From: Octopus sinensis | Lineage: Eukaryota | DNA length: 64,000 nt | Direction: 5' to 3' | NCBI RefSeq assembly: GCF_006345805.1 | Contig: NC_042999.1 | Span: 155,186,001-155,250,000 of the forward strand | In this document: piece after piece, positions 12,755 through 27,302 of the stretch | How the letters are laid out: every line of letters starts with the position of its first letter | Numbering within the stretch: the first letter of the stretch is position 1 | The notes under the pieces: generated by a model | Told to the model about the DNA's origin: nothing | Seen by the model: only the letters and a program-made list of their open reading frames with translations | Databases searched by the model: none | Made by a program: the position numbers and the translations under genes

Positions 12755-13964
12755 GTAAGTAGCTAAAACCTTCGTAGATGCAAAATGGTCAAGTGAATAA
12801 ATTCTATTATCAACTCATTACTGGTTATTCGCTGCGTGATTTAACAGGTTTTTAAACGTACGTTACCTTAGTTCATCTAGGAGTGTAGGTTTCACAGCTT
12901 TAGAGAATGTTACGAGTGAGAAAGTAACCGCCACAGGGTCTGTTCACTGGAATTATATTAAGTCTAATGTGGAGTCCTTTAAATATTTCTTTCACCCCAT
13001 ACGACCTGATCAGCGATCACAAGATGTGTCACAGTTGCTGCTAATTGAAATTATGTTGCCAACTGCTCATTTGTTAGCGATCCTAATGTAAGGAGAAAAA
13101 TGGGAAGGGTCGATTGGTTAGATGATTGTAAGGGACTTAAAGAAGAAGAGATTATTATCTGTACTATTAATGTTTGTTGGGACTTATACGAGTAAGCGGG
13201 CGAGAGAGAGAGAGAGAGAGAGTGAGATGGGGTGAGAGAGAGAGAGATACGTAGAAACACAGCGTAAAGGAGATTATGAAAGTGGAGAAAAATGAACATG
13301 TGGGTACTTGAAGCATTCAATTTCAGATTTAAGAAAAGGGAGAGAAAATAAATGTCGTTGGAGGTTCAGTGAGACACGTCCGTAGAAAACACAATATGGC
13401 GATCGTTCAGTGTTTCATGCTGCGAGGCAATTCTCCAAATGAGTGAAAAAAACAAAATTTATAAAATGAATTTACGAAACAAAGGCATATCAGCATTGAT
13501 TACTTACTAATGTTTATTTTATAAATCCATGATAATTTTAGACTGTAATCACAATCCGACTTGTAGATTATGGTTATTTCAGGAGGAATCAAAAGCTCTT
13601 CAGCTTCACCATTCTTGGTAAATGGCTCAGCTGCAATCGCCGGTCCAAATTATACCACAATCTGAAAAGGCAACGATTAAAAAATCAACTACATGAAAAT
13701 ATTTTTCCTTATCTATTTTACTACGAGTAGATGTAAAAGGAAAAGAATTATTTGGAGAATAATGAATTTGCTAGTACCATTTAAATGAAGGCCACATGGT
13801 TGGGTTAGCATTACCATATTTAATGCGAACATATCTACATAAATAAGTAAATACATGTTGATTGTTATTTTAAATGTTTCTTATTTCTTTCCAATCTCTG
13901 TCCATGTCCATGCGAGGCCGTTTGTAATTGCACTATATTTCTTTCTTCTTTTTATTTTTTGGAG

Positions 13965-14120
13965 AAACAGTGATCACATGTTCCGCTGAAGCCAATAACA
14001 CTTGTGATATTCATGCAACGTGCAAAGTTTTATCCGATGGTTCATTTAAGTGTGTGTGCCCTGCTGGAGTTGTTAGCGGCGATGGCCTCAAAGGCGAAAA
14101 TAATACCGGATGTATATTTG
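13965..14120 (+). CDS. EGF exon A2 (differs from A1 by one residue, L to I)
   Basis: 156 nt, GAG or CAG acceptor, gtaagg donor, flanks nearly identical to A1. Confidence 0.88.
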
Positions 14121-15893
14121 GTAAGGAGCTGAAAACTTCTTACACACAAAATGGTCAAGTGAATAAATTCTATTATCAACTCGTTACTGGTTATTCGCTG
14201 CGGGATTTAACTGGTCTTTACATGTACGTTACCTTAGTTCATCTAGGAGTGTAGGTTTCACAGCTTTAGAGAATGTTACGAGGGTGAAAGTAATGATCTT
14301 TATAGTAACCGCCGCCACTGGGTCTCTTGACTTCCATTATGTTAAGTCGGATGTGAAATCCTTTAAATAATTCTTTTACCCCATACGACCTGATCAGCGA
14401 TCACAAGATGTGTCACAGTTGCTGCTATTAGAAATTATGTTCCCAACAACTCATTTGTTAGCGATCCTAATGTAAGGAGAAAAAAGGGAAGGGTCTATTG
14501 ATTAGATGATTGTAAGGGACTTAAAGAAGTAGAGATTATTATCTGTACTGTAATGTTTGTAGGGACTTATAAGAGTAAGCGTGCGAGGGAGGGAGAAAGA
14601 GACGAAGAAACACAGCGAAAAGGAGATTATGAAAGTGAAGAAAAATGAACATATGGGTACTTGAAACATTCGATTCCAGATTTAAGAAAAGGGAGAGAAA
14701 ATAATTGTCGTTGAAGTTTCAGTGAAACACGCCCGTAGAAAACACAATATGGCGATCGTTTAGTGTTTCATGTTGCGAGACAATAAAAGAGAAACTGGGA
14801 GAAAGACAGAGAGAAAGATAGGAATTTGAAGATGAAATGTTAAAGAAAGTTGGAATTTCAGGTAATGTTTGATATCCGTCAGATTCAGTTAGTGAGGTTA
14901 GACGATGTCAGAAACAAAAATTGGTAGTTGAAACGACTTACTATTTTACAAAAGCAAAATAAGGAATGTATTCACACTATCCACTTAACAAACAGTACTA
15001 TATTTTACGGTGCCCATAGAGTGTCTAAAAAATATATTAGTTTTGTTGAGGCCCTGATAAGGAATGAAATGTAAAGCCAGTTTCGAAAGGCACTTCAAGA
15101 AGAACGTCTCATTTAATTAAACGTATTATTTAATTAACATTTTTCTTGCGATATTTTGGTTGAAAGTTTCTGTTGTTTTTCATTTAATTTGATCATAATG
15201 AAGATTTTATTAAAATAACTTTCTCAATATTAAATTGACGCGTGGAGATATAACAGCAAAATTTTGGCGGAAGGTTTTAACTTAGGTCACTTAAACACTT
15301 GTCCCATTTCTGTTGAAATACAATGCATTTCTTTCAACTAACTTTGCGAATAACGAAGAATTTAGTAAAATGACTTTGTGATTATTAATTTGCTTCTTGG
15401 AACTTAAATTCATACGATTTTTTAGGACGATTTTAAGTTAGATCACTTGAAGCCGTTTCTTAAAATATCTCTGTTGAAATATGCTGCCTTTCTTCCAATT
15501 AATTTTGAAAATAACAAACAAAGAATTAATTAAAACAACTTTGCCATTATTAAGCTTTGTGAACAGAGGTGCAAGTGAGAGTGTTTCAACGTGGCCTGTC
15601 TTAATATTCATGAAATAGCAGCCAAATCTCCCTTATACCATATTCTGCTGTCTTAAAATATATATGTTGACTAATGTAATCCTGAGTATGACGTCTTTCT
15701 TTGAGAGTGAATTATCAAAGCTCAGCTCAATCGGTGTCTATCAAGGAGTTTACATAAAGCAACAGCAACTAAGAAGTGTTCCCTAATCCTACAGATTAGT
15801 CATTCCGTCCTCCAAGGTTCAAAACTAAACGACAGAAAGAAGATGCCAACATTATCAGTCATTTAAATTTGAATAATTTTTGTCGCCTTTCAG

Positions 15894-16019
15894 TAAATTG
15901 GGAATATTCCTGTGAAGAAGGCCCAGAGAGATGCCATGACGAATTGGGCTTCTGTGATGATGACTACTTTTGTAATTGCAAAGAGGGTTACAAGGGAGAT
16001 GCTGTAACAGAGTGCATTG
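15894..16019 (+). CDS. EGF exon B2: VNWEYSCEEGPERCHDELGFCDDDYFCNCKEGYKGDAVTECI
   Basis: tttcag/gtaagt boundaries, 126 nt. Confidence 0.9.
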
Positions 16020-16239
16020 GTAAGTAGATTCAATCATTCATTCACCCAATCGAGATAAATCATTCCAGAATCCTAAGGATGTCAAGCGCTTAACTAAATA
16101 CGTTATTCACCAATCATACCTGCTCATTTTTTATGATGTATGTATAATATATATAGATATGTATGTATGTATGTATGTATATATTTATGTATGTATGTAT
16201 GTATGTATTATGTATATATATATGTATATATATGTATAT

Positions 16240-18050
16240 ATATATATATATATTTATAAAATATTATTAGAGACAAAACCACTATTTTGCAAAACAAACA
16301 AGGAAAGACTTAATCAATACATAAAATTTTAATAAATAGTCAAAAAAACCGCCACTACAATTGTTTCTTGTCTTGATCGACAATCTTCAGGTGGACTTCC
16401 AATCTAAAATATCAATATTTTAAAATATAAAAATAATAATTTTAAAATAATTAAAGTATGAATGAAAAAATATAAATATATAATCCATATAAACCTATAT
16501 ATAATCCATATATAATCAATATATAAACAATATATAAACTAAAATAAACCTATCAACAATTAAATATAAAATAAAATATAAAATATAAAATATAAAACAA
16601 AACAAAAAAATAATAATAATATAATAATAAACTAATATAACCCCATACACATATACCTAATTATATATAACCATATCTAACTACATACACTAAATCACAC
16701 CCCTATATTATATCCCTATACATACACATAAAAAACGTCTAGGCAACTATAAATAATAAAATAGCTAAATACTTCAACACAATACTTTCATACTCCCACA
16801 CACACACACATACAACCCACATTCACGCTCTAGAAAACGGACATCACTTAAAATTATGAACGGAGAAATGGAATAAATGGAATTAAAAATTATATTCACT
16901 TGGTAAAACGAACACTACTTAAAAATTATGAATGAAACAATGCAATAAAAACACAGACATCGCAAATAGACACAATTACTACGAATTCCTTAACAAACCT
17001 ACCATGATAAACCAAAACTCATAAAAACATATAATTATAAAATCTCCCTTTACTAAACTCTATAACATACCTATATAGCAATCCCCCTAACCTAAACATT
17101 CACACACAAATACACACACGTAAACCACACACCCACGACATATACAAATACCCACACCACTTACACATACCTATACATACATATAAACCTCAACATATAC
17201 TCCAAAAACCCACTCAACCCCACACAGACAAATAAACACAAAAATTATGAATGGATTCTTTTATAAAACTACCATGATAAGCTAAAACTCACAAACATAA
17301 ATGATAAAACCTCCTTTACTAAACACTATAACATACTTATATAGCATCCCTTTAACCTATACATTCACACACAAATACACACACGTAAACACACACCCAT
17401 AACAAATACAAACACCCACCCCACTCACACACCCACAAGTACATATAAGCCTCAACATATACACCAACAAATTACTTTACCAAGAACTTAACATATGTAA
17501 AAAAGTATAACCGCTCTGGAAACGAACATCTTTTAAAATAATGAATGGAGAATGGAATAATGGAATTAAAAATAATATTCACGTGGCAAAACGAACACCA
17601 CTCAAAAATTATTGAATGAAACAATGTAATAAAACAACAACATCGAAAATAGACAAATTACCACGAATTCCCTAAAAAAACCATGATAACCAAAACTCTT
17701 AAAAACATATAACGATAAAATCTCCCTTTGCAAACTCTATAACAAACCTATATAGCAATCCCCCTAACCTAAACATTCACACACAAATACACACACGTAA
17801 ACCACAACCACGACTTATACACATACCTATACTAACTTATAAACCTCAATATACACCAAAAACCACTCCCTCCCCACACAGAGTAGAGATAAATCTAATT
17901 GTATATTAAATAATAATGTGATATTAACGATGTTAGTGTATAAATGGATAGTACATTACATGATATAACTTAAGAATAATAATTACCCAAAAGCGGTTAT
18001 ATAGGTTCTACTTCCTCAAACTAAGAATTGCACAACATATGAATTCTTTA
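16240..18050 (-). mobile_element. AT-rich, strand-skewed Penelope-like element remnant with internal direct repeats
   Basis: Most of it is the reverse complement of 47800-49130. 17880-18050 matches the GIY-YIG remnant at 45580-45770. It carries a hammerhead and is absent from the paralogous intron of block 1. Confidence 0.65.
16352..16394 (-). ncRNA. Minimal type I hammerhead ribozyme motif
   Basis: Minus strand: CCAC-CTGAAGA-TTGTC gatcaa GACAA-GAAAC-AATT-GTA-GTGG, with the helix III palindrome ACAATTGT. Confidence 0.8.
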
Positions 18051-18875
18051 AAGGGACTCTTAACGTCAAAACTACCATGATAAATATACAGCGTACTGAC
18101 AGATTCAACTGCAAAACATATGATTTCATAGCTAGTGTACATAGTTCACTTTCCAGTCGTCAGTGCAGGCATAATCAGAACACATAAAAATGAACAAAAT
18201 TTAACATTGCAGACGAACGTGAAATGTATCCAACATAGCACATAGAAATGTTCACTCTTATATATCTCTCTAAGAGGCGGTCTTTTCAAATTACATCTTG
18301 GTACACTTGTATATTCGGAATAATTCAGCACTGAATATATTCCAGCTAAATTTCATACTTCAGCGCTGAATATATTCCGGTTAAATTTAAAATTAAATAT
18401 AAGATAAAATCTATATAAGAAATTATCAAGTAATCAGCGTGAAAACCTTATTTATAAATAGTTACATACATATATATACATTTATATACATACATACATA
18501 CATACATACATACATACATACATACATACATACATACATACATACATACGTACATATATACATACATACATACATACATACATACATACATACATACATA
18601 CGATCATACACATAAACGTACATACAAACATAAATACTTCCAAGCATGCATATATATTCTTATATCCTTTTACTTGTTTCAGTCATTTTGACTGTGGCCA
18701 TGCTGGAGCACCGCCTTAAGTCGAACAAATCGACCTCAGGACTTAGTCTTTGTAATCCTGGTACTTATTATATCGGTATCTTTTGCCGAACCGCACTGGA
18801 GACACAAACAGACCAATATTGGCTGTCAAGCGATGGTGTAGGAATTAATAGACACATGCATACAAATATGCACAT

Positions 18876-18946
<71 letters not shown>

Positions 18947-18949
18947 TCA

Positions 18950-20313
18950 TGTAATATTGTTGTTTATGTAATGATCTAATTTTTGTAATTTTCTATATAA
19001 TTATTAGATATTAACTTTAAGTTTATTCGTAAGAATTTACTTAGTGGTAGATATGTTGTTTGATAGCTAGTATACGAGTTGTTTGAAGTTAGGTTTATGT
19101 ATATACATGTATTAATAGCATTAATTGTAGTTTTAAATTTCTTATAATTATTATTTTAACTTATCTATTGTCTTTTTAAATTGATATTTGCTAGACTTAT
19201 TATTCCCATTGATAAATATATTTATAGTATTTATTTGATACTATATTACTACGAATTGATTATTTATTTAAGTATTTTAAATATAAGATTTCTGAAAGTT
19301 ATTATTTAACTAATGAGATAAAAAGATAGTTAATTTGATATAGCGTTCGTTTAAGATTGTTTGTTTGTAGTTTTGAAATTAGCTATTTCAACTTTAAATA
19401 TGAAAAATTAATTTATTAGTTCTTTATGATATGTGCATATATATATTTATAGAGATTATTTTAGATCTTAATTATAATATATACATTTATATATTTTCAT
19501 TGATAATGTGTACATTATTTGAATTTTATATTTTTAATAATATAATAGTTTTTTTGTAAAATATTTATCTAATTAGATATTGACTATTACTGATATTAGA
19601 TTATTGGTGGGTTTCTTACCTTAAAAATTAATACTTAAAAATTAAAATTAATATTTAACATTATAATTGATGTTTTGATATAATCATAATCGTTAAGTTT
19701 CTAGTTTGATAATAGAGTTTTTTATAAGTAAAAAATTTTATTATATTTATTTCTAAAAGTATTGTTTAAATATTTCTGATTACTTATTAAAATATTACAA
19801 TTAACCTGAAGATTGACTGTAACCATAATTCGAATTATTAATTGAATTTAAATTATTGTTATTCGAATTGGTTACGGGCATGAAACGATCGTAGTGTTTT
19901 TACTATTTATCTTATATTAAAATTTAATACTTTTTGATAGTTATTTAATTTACAAAAAAAATTAATAAATAAATAAATAAATAAATAAAATAAAATAATA
20001 ATAATAAAAATATATATATATATATATTTAAAATTTATAAGTTTAAATTATTTAAATAATTTTTTAAATTTTAACTTTAATTTGAATATTTTAATTTGGA
20101 ATTTTATATTTTATATTTTTTATATTTATATTTTATATTTTTTAATTAATTTTTTTCTATGTATTGGCTTATGATTTTCACTGTTTGATTTGCCTAATAG
20201 TGGTTTTATCTCTAATTTAATATAATATATATCTATACTATAAAATTGGATTTAATCCTAAATCTAATTTTTCCCTGTAAGTTTGGATTTACTCCCTAAT
20301 AATATTATCATTA

Positions 20314-20320
<7 letters not shown>
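18950..20320 (+). mobile_element. AT-rich Penelope-like insertion within a (TA)n tract
   Basis: Flanked by (TA)n on both sides and contains a hammerhead core. Its 3' end resembles 49080-49190. The paralogous block 1 site (about 8966-9235) is an uninterrupted TA-rich tract. Confidence 0.6.
19802..19898 (+). ncRNA. Hammerhead core with long helix II and weak helix I
   Basis: CTGAAGA at 19806, a helix II of about 20 bp, then GAAAC-GATC-GTA (palindrome ACGATCGT). Helix I has only about 2 clear bp. Confidence 0.55.
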
Positions 20321-20346
<26 letters not shown>

Positions 20347-20368
20347 GTCTGTATATATATATATATAT

Positions 20369-20452
<84 letters not shown>

Positions 20453-21641
20453 GACGGTGGGCATCTTCCAGTTTCCGTCTACCAAACCCACTCACAAGGG
20501 TTTGGTCAGCCCAAGGTTTTAGTGGAGGACACTAGCTATGGTGCTATGCAGTGGGACTGAACCCCAGAACCATGTGCTTGGGAAGTAAGCTCCATACCAC
20601 ACAGCAACGCCTGCGACTATACACCCACATGTACATGCATGCACACCAAAATATATGTATACACACATGCATATATGTATGCTTGCATACATATGTGCAT
20701 GCACTCATGCAAGTGTACATACATACAGGCGTTCATGCACACAGCACTTTTATACATGCATACATACATGCAGACAGGAGTGCATGGATACAAATATCAA
20801 CGCAAGGAATGATTGTGGAACATTCCCATCAACACATATGCCAATTGTAAGCATAACAGACCGGACATTCTTGTTTGGGACAATCATGAAAAAAGGGTGT
20901 AGCGTGATATAGGTCAGCTTTCCTGATGATGTGACTATCTTTTAGAAAACTAAAGGGAAAGATGATAACTATGACCAACAGTTTCGAAAACTCCAGCTTC
21001 TATATCTAGATTATAAATTCACATTTATACCAATAATAATTGGTGCGCCTGATTTGCGAATAAATGCCTAACTGTCATTCTGCATAAGCTAGGGATTTCA
21101 GAAAAAGACAACGAACATTACAATCTGTAAGTGGTACAGTACAAATGTGCAAAAGTTTTCTCGAGTTTAATATGTGACATTCTCTTCATTATCTACATTC
21201 CAACGATGGAGGATTGTATGTCTGTTAGAAACCAGCTCCTTCGTCAGAGCAAGAATTAAAATATTTAAAAACAGAAGACAATATACGTACATACATACAT
21301 ACATGCATGCATACATACATACATACATACATACATACAACATACATACATACATACATACATACATGGTGGCTGCCCCCGCGTTATCGAGTATGGCCAT
21401 TGCACGAAGCTTAATCAATGTTGTTATCGTGCAATGCCTGTGCAAGAAGTGAGGAAAGGCTGTGCACTGAGTCAATCCCACTCACTAAGGAACAGCAGTC
21501 ATAATCCGAAAAGAAGAACAAGTCAACATCATCGGTAACCACTGAGCCGCAGGTTTTATGTCGGAGTTATCCCAGTTACCTGAGTTACCTTCTCCAAGAA
21601 GGATGCCCTAACAAACACTAGGAGTCCTTCACTCCCAATGG

Positions 21642-21673
<32 letters not shown>

Positions 21674-21951
21674 CATACATACATACATACGTATATACCA
21701 TTTTATGGCATCTACACATATATTCAAATCTGTGTACTTAGACGCTTATAAATGAGTAATTCTACACACGACTGGCTACAAATACATATACAAGTTATAA
21801 GTTTGTATATGAATATGTATACACATGCGTGTGTCTATATATGCATGTGTATCTTTGGGAACATGAGTAAGTGTATATGTATATGGTACTATATATAATA
21901 AATGATATATAACATAGTTGTCAACAATCGTGGTATTTTTCTTTCCATTAG

Positions 21952-22077
21952 ATATTGACGAATGTGCATCGGACGCCTTGAACCTGTGTGACGTCAATGC
22001 CAACTGTACAAACATTCCTGGTTCCTACAACTGTTCTTGTAACCACGAATACGAGGGGGATGGTTTCACTTGCAAAA
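21952..22077 (+). CDS. Calcium-binding EGF exon C2 (same protein sequence as C1)
   Basis: ttag/gtaagt boundaries, 126 nt, 3 synonymous differences from C1. Confidence 0.92.
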
Positions 22078-23947
22078 GTAAGTTACCTTCTTTCTCTTTC
22101 TAAACTTTTATCAAACCATTCTAATCCGTTGTCATTGCGGAATTATTTTCCATTGCATTGTGTCTGTTACGCGTTTGGTACGACGGAAAAGTATCGCTTC
22201 GAACAAAACGCTTATGAATTGTTTCTAACTTTTTACGTTCCTAATTGGAATAGTGCCGAGATCCACTTTGCATTTTATCATTTTAGGATCGACAAAATAA
22301 TACTAATTGAGCACTGGACAGTATGTAAACGTAGTGGAGGCGCAATGACACAGTGGTTAGGGCAGCGGACACGCGGTCGTAAGAACGCGGTTTCGATTCC
22401 CAGACCGGTCATTGTGAGTGTTTATTAAGCAAAAACACCTAAACTCCACGAGGCTCCAGCGGTGGGGGAGGGGACTCCTCTGTACTCTTTCACCACAACT
22501 TCCGCACACTTTTTCTTCCTACTTCTGCCACAAAGCAGAGGAACCATGGTGTAACCCACTATTGTGTGATAAACGTTCAGACCCTAGTCTAGATTGCGAA
22601 TCCTCTGTACCCCAGGATGGTTCAGCTCTCCGCCCGATAAAAGCCGCCGTTTACGGAATGAGGATAACAACGTCTATATCGAGTGGTGGGTGGATCTTCG
22701 AGTTGCCACACGCATTCTTAGTTGCTTAGAGTCGGCACGAAATAGAGAATATTCTTTGTGGCTAATGACGTGAGTCCTGATTGGAAGAAGAAGAAGAAGA
22801 AGAAGAATGTAAACATCGGAAAAATTATTTGCAATATTTATTCTGGCTGTTTATATACTCCGGGTTCAAGTTGTGACAGGATCAACTTTGCTTCCATCCA
22901 TGCAGGCCTAATGATTTTTTCAAACACAATTTCTTCTTACATTGAAATTTTGTGAGCGGAAACATAATCTCCATTCTGTTACCATTGCGAAATTGGAAAT
23001 AAGTACCAAAGTATACCGATGATTATGAAGATAATGGCGAAGAATTTAATCCCATATGTTTAATATTTCATTCTCTTGAAAAAAATACGATCTCAGTGTT
23101 ATAAACTATCAAATTCTACACCAAACATTCCAAGAATTCAGTGTTTTTCCAATTGATTTTCCAGCTTGTATTTTTCACCAGATGGATGGAACGCAAACGA
23201 TAAGCATTGTTCTTAGTTTAGATTTATCGTTGAAGATTTCATGTTGAAGATTTACGTTTTAGAATTGGTACGAATTTTTGACAACCCATGCTCTTTTATC
23301 CTAAACCAGGGGCTTCGTGGAACGTCTAAAAGAAATCAATACATTTCACTATTCTTCAAATGACTGATAACATCACAATTTATAAAATGAATTTACGAAA
23401 CAAAGGCATGTCACCATTCACTACCTACTAGAGTTTATAAAACAAAATCTATAAGTTCAGACTGAAATCACAATCTGACTTTTAGAATATCTTTATTTCA
23501 GGATGAGTCAAAAACTCTTTAGCTTCACCATTCTTGATACACGATTCAACTGCAATCGCCGGTCGAAATAATAGCGCTAAGAAAAGGCAGGTTTTTTCTT
23601 ATCTATTTTACTACGAGTAGATGTAATAGGGAAAGAATTATTTGGAGAATAATGAATTTTCTATTACCATTTACATGAAGACCGCATAAATAAATAGATG
23701 TTGATTGTTATTTTGAAAGTTTGTTATTTCTTTCCAATCTCTGTCCATGTCCAAATCATTGTCAGTTTGGCTTTCTATCCTATAGAATATTACAGTCACA
23801 ACTAAAGCAGATTGTGATATCCAGTCCAACCTCGTAAGACCATACCAATAGACATGTAAAATTTGAGACCATTTTCTGATGCACCTTGTATTCCTAAATA
23901 CGAGGGCCGTGGGAAATTTCACTATTTTTGTTTTATTTTTTTTGTAG

Positions 23948-24133
23948 AAACAGAGACGAACCAAAGTTTAGGTCTCGAAACAGAGACCACATGTTCCATT
24001 GAAGCCAATAACACTTGTGATTCTCATGCAACGTGCACAGTTTTATCCGATGGTTCATTTAAGTGTGTGTGCCCTAGTGAAGCTGTTGGCGGCGATGGCC
24101 TCAAAGGCGAAAATAATACCGGATGTATATTTG
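23948..24133 (+). CDS. EGF exon A'2: TETNQSLGLETETTCSIEANNTCDSHATCTVLSDGSFKCVCPSEAVGGDGLKGENNTGCIF
   Basis: tttgtag/gtaagt boundaries, 186 nt. Confidence 0.9.
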
Positions 24134-25478
24134 GTAAGTAGATGAAAACTTCTTAGACACAATATGCTCGAGTGAATAAATTCTATTATCAACTCATTGC
24201 TGGTTATTCGCTGCGTGATTTAACAGGTCTTTAAATGTACATTACCTTAATTCATGTAGGAGTGTAGGTTCCACAGCTTTAGAGAATGTTACGAGGGAGA
24301 ATGTAATAATCCTTTTAGTAACCGCCACAGGGATTCTTCACTAGAATTATGTTAAGTCTAATGTGGAGTCCTTTAGATATTTCTTTTACCCATACGACCT
24401 GATCAGCAATCACAAGATGTGTCACAGTTGCTGCTATTTGAAATCATGTTGCCAACTGCTCATTTGTTAACGATCCTAATGTAAGGAGAAAAAAGGGAAG
24501 GGTCTATTGATTAGATGATTGTAAAGGACTTAAAGAAGTGGAGATTATTATCTGTAATGTAATGTTTGTTGGGACTTGTAAGGGTATGCGTGCGAGAGAG
24601 AGAGAGAGAGAGAGAGATAGAGAGATGGGGTGAGAGAGAGAGAGAGATACAGAGAAATACAGCGTAAAGGAGATTATGAAAGTAGAGAAAAATGAACATA
24701 TGGGTACTTGAAGCATTCAATTTCAGATTTAAGAAAAGGGAGAGAAAATAAATGTCGTTGAAGTTTCGGTGAAACACGTCCGTAGAAAACACAATATGGC
24801 AATTCTCCATACGAGTGAAAAATTTATATATTTACAAAATTTATAAAATGAATTTACGAAACAAAGGCATATCACCATTCATTACTTACTAATGTTTATT
24901 TTATAAATCCATAATAATTTTAGACTGTAATCACAATCTAACTTGTAGATTATGATTATTTCAGGATAAGTCAAAAGCTCTTCAGCTTCGCCATTCTTGG
25001 TAAATGGCTCAGCTGCAACGCCGGTCCAAATTATACCACAATCTGAGAACGGAAACGATTAAAAAATCAACTGCATGAAAATGTTTTTCTTATCTATTTT
25101 ACTACGAATAGATGCAATAGGGAAAGAATTATTTGGAGAATAATGAATTTGCTACTACCATTTACATGAAGACCACATGGTTCAGTTAGCATTACCATAT
25201 TTAATGGGAACATATCTACATAAATAAATACATGTTGATTGTTATTTTAAAAGTTTGTTATTTCTTTCCAATCTCCATCAATGTCCAAATAATTGTCAGT
25301 TTGGCTTTCTATCCTATAGAATATTACAGTCACAACTGAAGCAGATTATGATGCAAAGTCCACGCTCGTAAGGCCACACCAATAGACATGTAAAATTAGA
25401 GACGGTTTTCTGACTGATGCACGTTGTTGTTCTAAATGTGAGGGCTGTTTGTAATTATACTATTTTTTTTTTTTTTAG

Positions 25479-25634
25479 AAAACGAGATCACATGTTCTGT
25501 TCAAGCCAATGACACTTGTGATACTTCTGCAACGTGCAAAGTTTTATCCGATGGTTCATTTAAATGTGTGTGTCCCAGTGGAACTGTTAACGGCGATGGC
25601 CTCAAAGGCGAAAACAATACTGGATGTATATTTG
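25479..25634 (+). CDS. EGF exon A3: ENEITCSVQANDTCDTSATCKVLSDGSFKCVCPSGTVNGDGLKGENNTGCIF
   Basis: Poly-T plus ag acceptor, gtaagt donor, 156 nt, 6 Cys. Absent from the ORF track. Confidence 0.9.
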
Positions 25635-26836
25635 GTAAGTAGCTGAAAGCTCTTTAGATACAAAATGCCCAAGTGAATAAATTCTATTATCAATTCATTG
25701 CTGGTTATTCGCTGTGTGGTTCAACAAGTCTTTAAATATACATTACCGTAGTTCCTCTAGGAGTGTAAGTTTCACAGCTTTAGAGAATGTTACGAGGGAG
25801 AAAGATATGACCCTTCTAGTAACCGCCACAGTGTCTCTTCACTAGAATTATGTTAAGTCTGATGTGAAATCCTTTAAATAGAACATTATGAAAGCGGAGA
25901 AAAGTGAACGTGTGGATATTTGAAGGTTTCAATTTCAGATTTGAGGAAAGGAGAGAATATGAATATCGTTGAAGTTTCAGTGAAACACATCCGTAGAAAA
26001 CACAATATGGCGATCGTTCAGTGTTTCTTGTTGCGAGACAGTAAGAGAGAAACAAGGGAAGGACAGAGACGGATGCAGACAGACAGGAGATGCCCAGAGT
26101 CACATACAGAATATAAGAGAGAATGATAGGAGTTTGAAAATAAAATGTTAAAGAAAGTTGAAATTACAGGTAATGTTTGATATCCGACAGAGTCATTTAG
26201 TGAGATTGGCGGAAGAGTTTAACTTAGGTCACTTAAACACTTGTCACATATCTGTTGAAATACAATGCCTTTCTTTCAACTAACTTTGGAGATAACGAAG
26301 AATGGAGTAAAATGACATTCTCATTATTAGGTTGCTGTTTGGAACTTAAATTCAAACGATATTTTGAGGACGATTTTAAGTTAGATCACTTGAAATCATT
26401 TCTTAAAATATCTCTGTTGAAATATGCTGCCTTTCTTCCAATTAATTTTGAAAATAACAAACAAAGAATTAATTAAAACAACTTTGCCATTATTAAGCTT
26501 CGTGAACAGAGGTGCAAGTGAGAGTGTTTCAACGTGGCCTGTCTTAATATTCATAAAATAGCAGCCAAATCTCCTTTATACCACATTCTGCTGTCTTAAA
26601 ATATATATGTTGGCTAATGTAATCCTGAGTATGACGTCTTTCTTTGAGAGTGAATTATCAAACTTCAGCTCAACCGGTGTCTATCAAGGGATTTACATAA
26701 AGCAACAGCAACTAAGAAGTGTTCCCTAATCCTACAGATTAGTCATTCCGTCCTCCAAGGTTCAAAACTAAACGACAGAAAGAAGATACCAACATTACCA
26801 TTTGGTTAAATTTGAATAATTTTTGTCGCCTTTCAG

Positions 26837-26962
26837 TAAATTGGGAATATTCCTGTGAAGAAGGCCCAGAGAGATGCCATGACGAATTGGGCTTCTGTGA
26901 TGATGACTACTTTTGTAATTGCAAAGAGGGTTACAAGGGAGATGCTGTAACAGAGTGCATTG
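26837..26962 (+). CDS. EGF exon B3 (nucleotide-identical to B2)
   Basis: tttcag/gtaagt boundaries, 126 nt. Confidence 0.9.
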
Positions 26963-27302
26963 GTAAGTAGATTCAATCATTCATTCACCCAATCGTGTAT
27001 GTATATATATACTGAATCTTTGCTACAACCTCTCGTATCGGGATGTCAAATGTAAGCTAACAATGAGATCGAAGACGGAAATGGCTAATGAGGGCATTAA
27101 CCATATTTCGTTGTGTTTTGCCCCTTCATCAGCATCCATGTAACCAATTCTATCCTCCGAACACATCGCTTATATAGTTACCGTATGCAGCGGTATTATG
27201 TTATTGGATATACAACTCCTGGAGCTGCTATGTAAATAGTAATGCCTTGTAGGTACGTAGTATTTCGTTATGCAACCATAATATCCTATAAAGTATATTA
27301 TA

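Noticed and set aside
16500-17880. Possible mitochondrial insertion (NUMT), suggested by the strong A/C versus G/T strand skew
   Set aside because: I recognised no mitochondrial gene motifs. The region is linked to a hammerhead and to GIY-YIG remnants, which fits a Penelope-like origin better. A BLASTN against octopus mtDNA would settle it.
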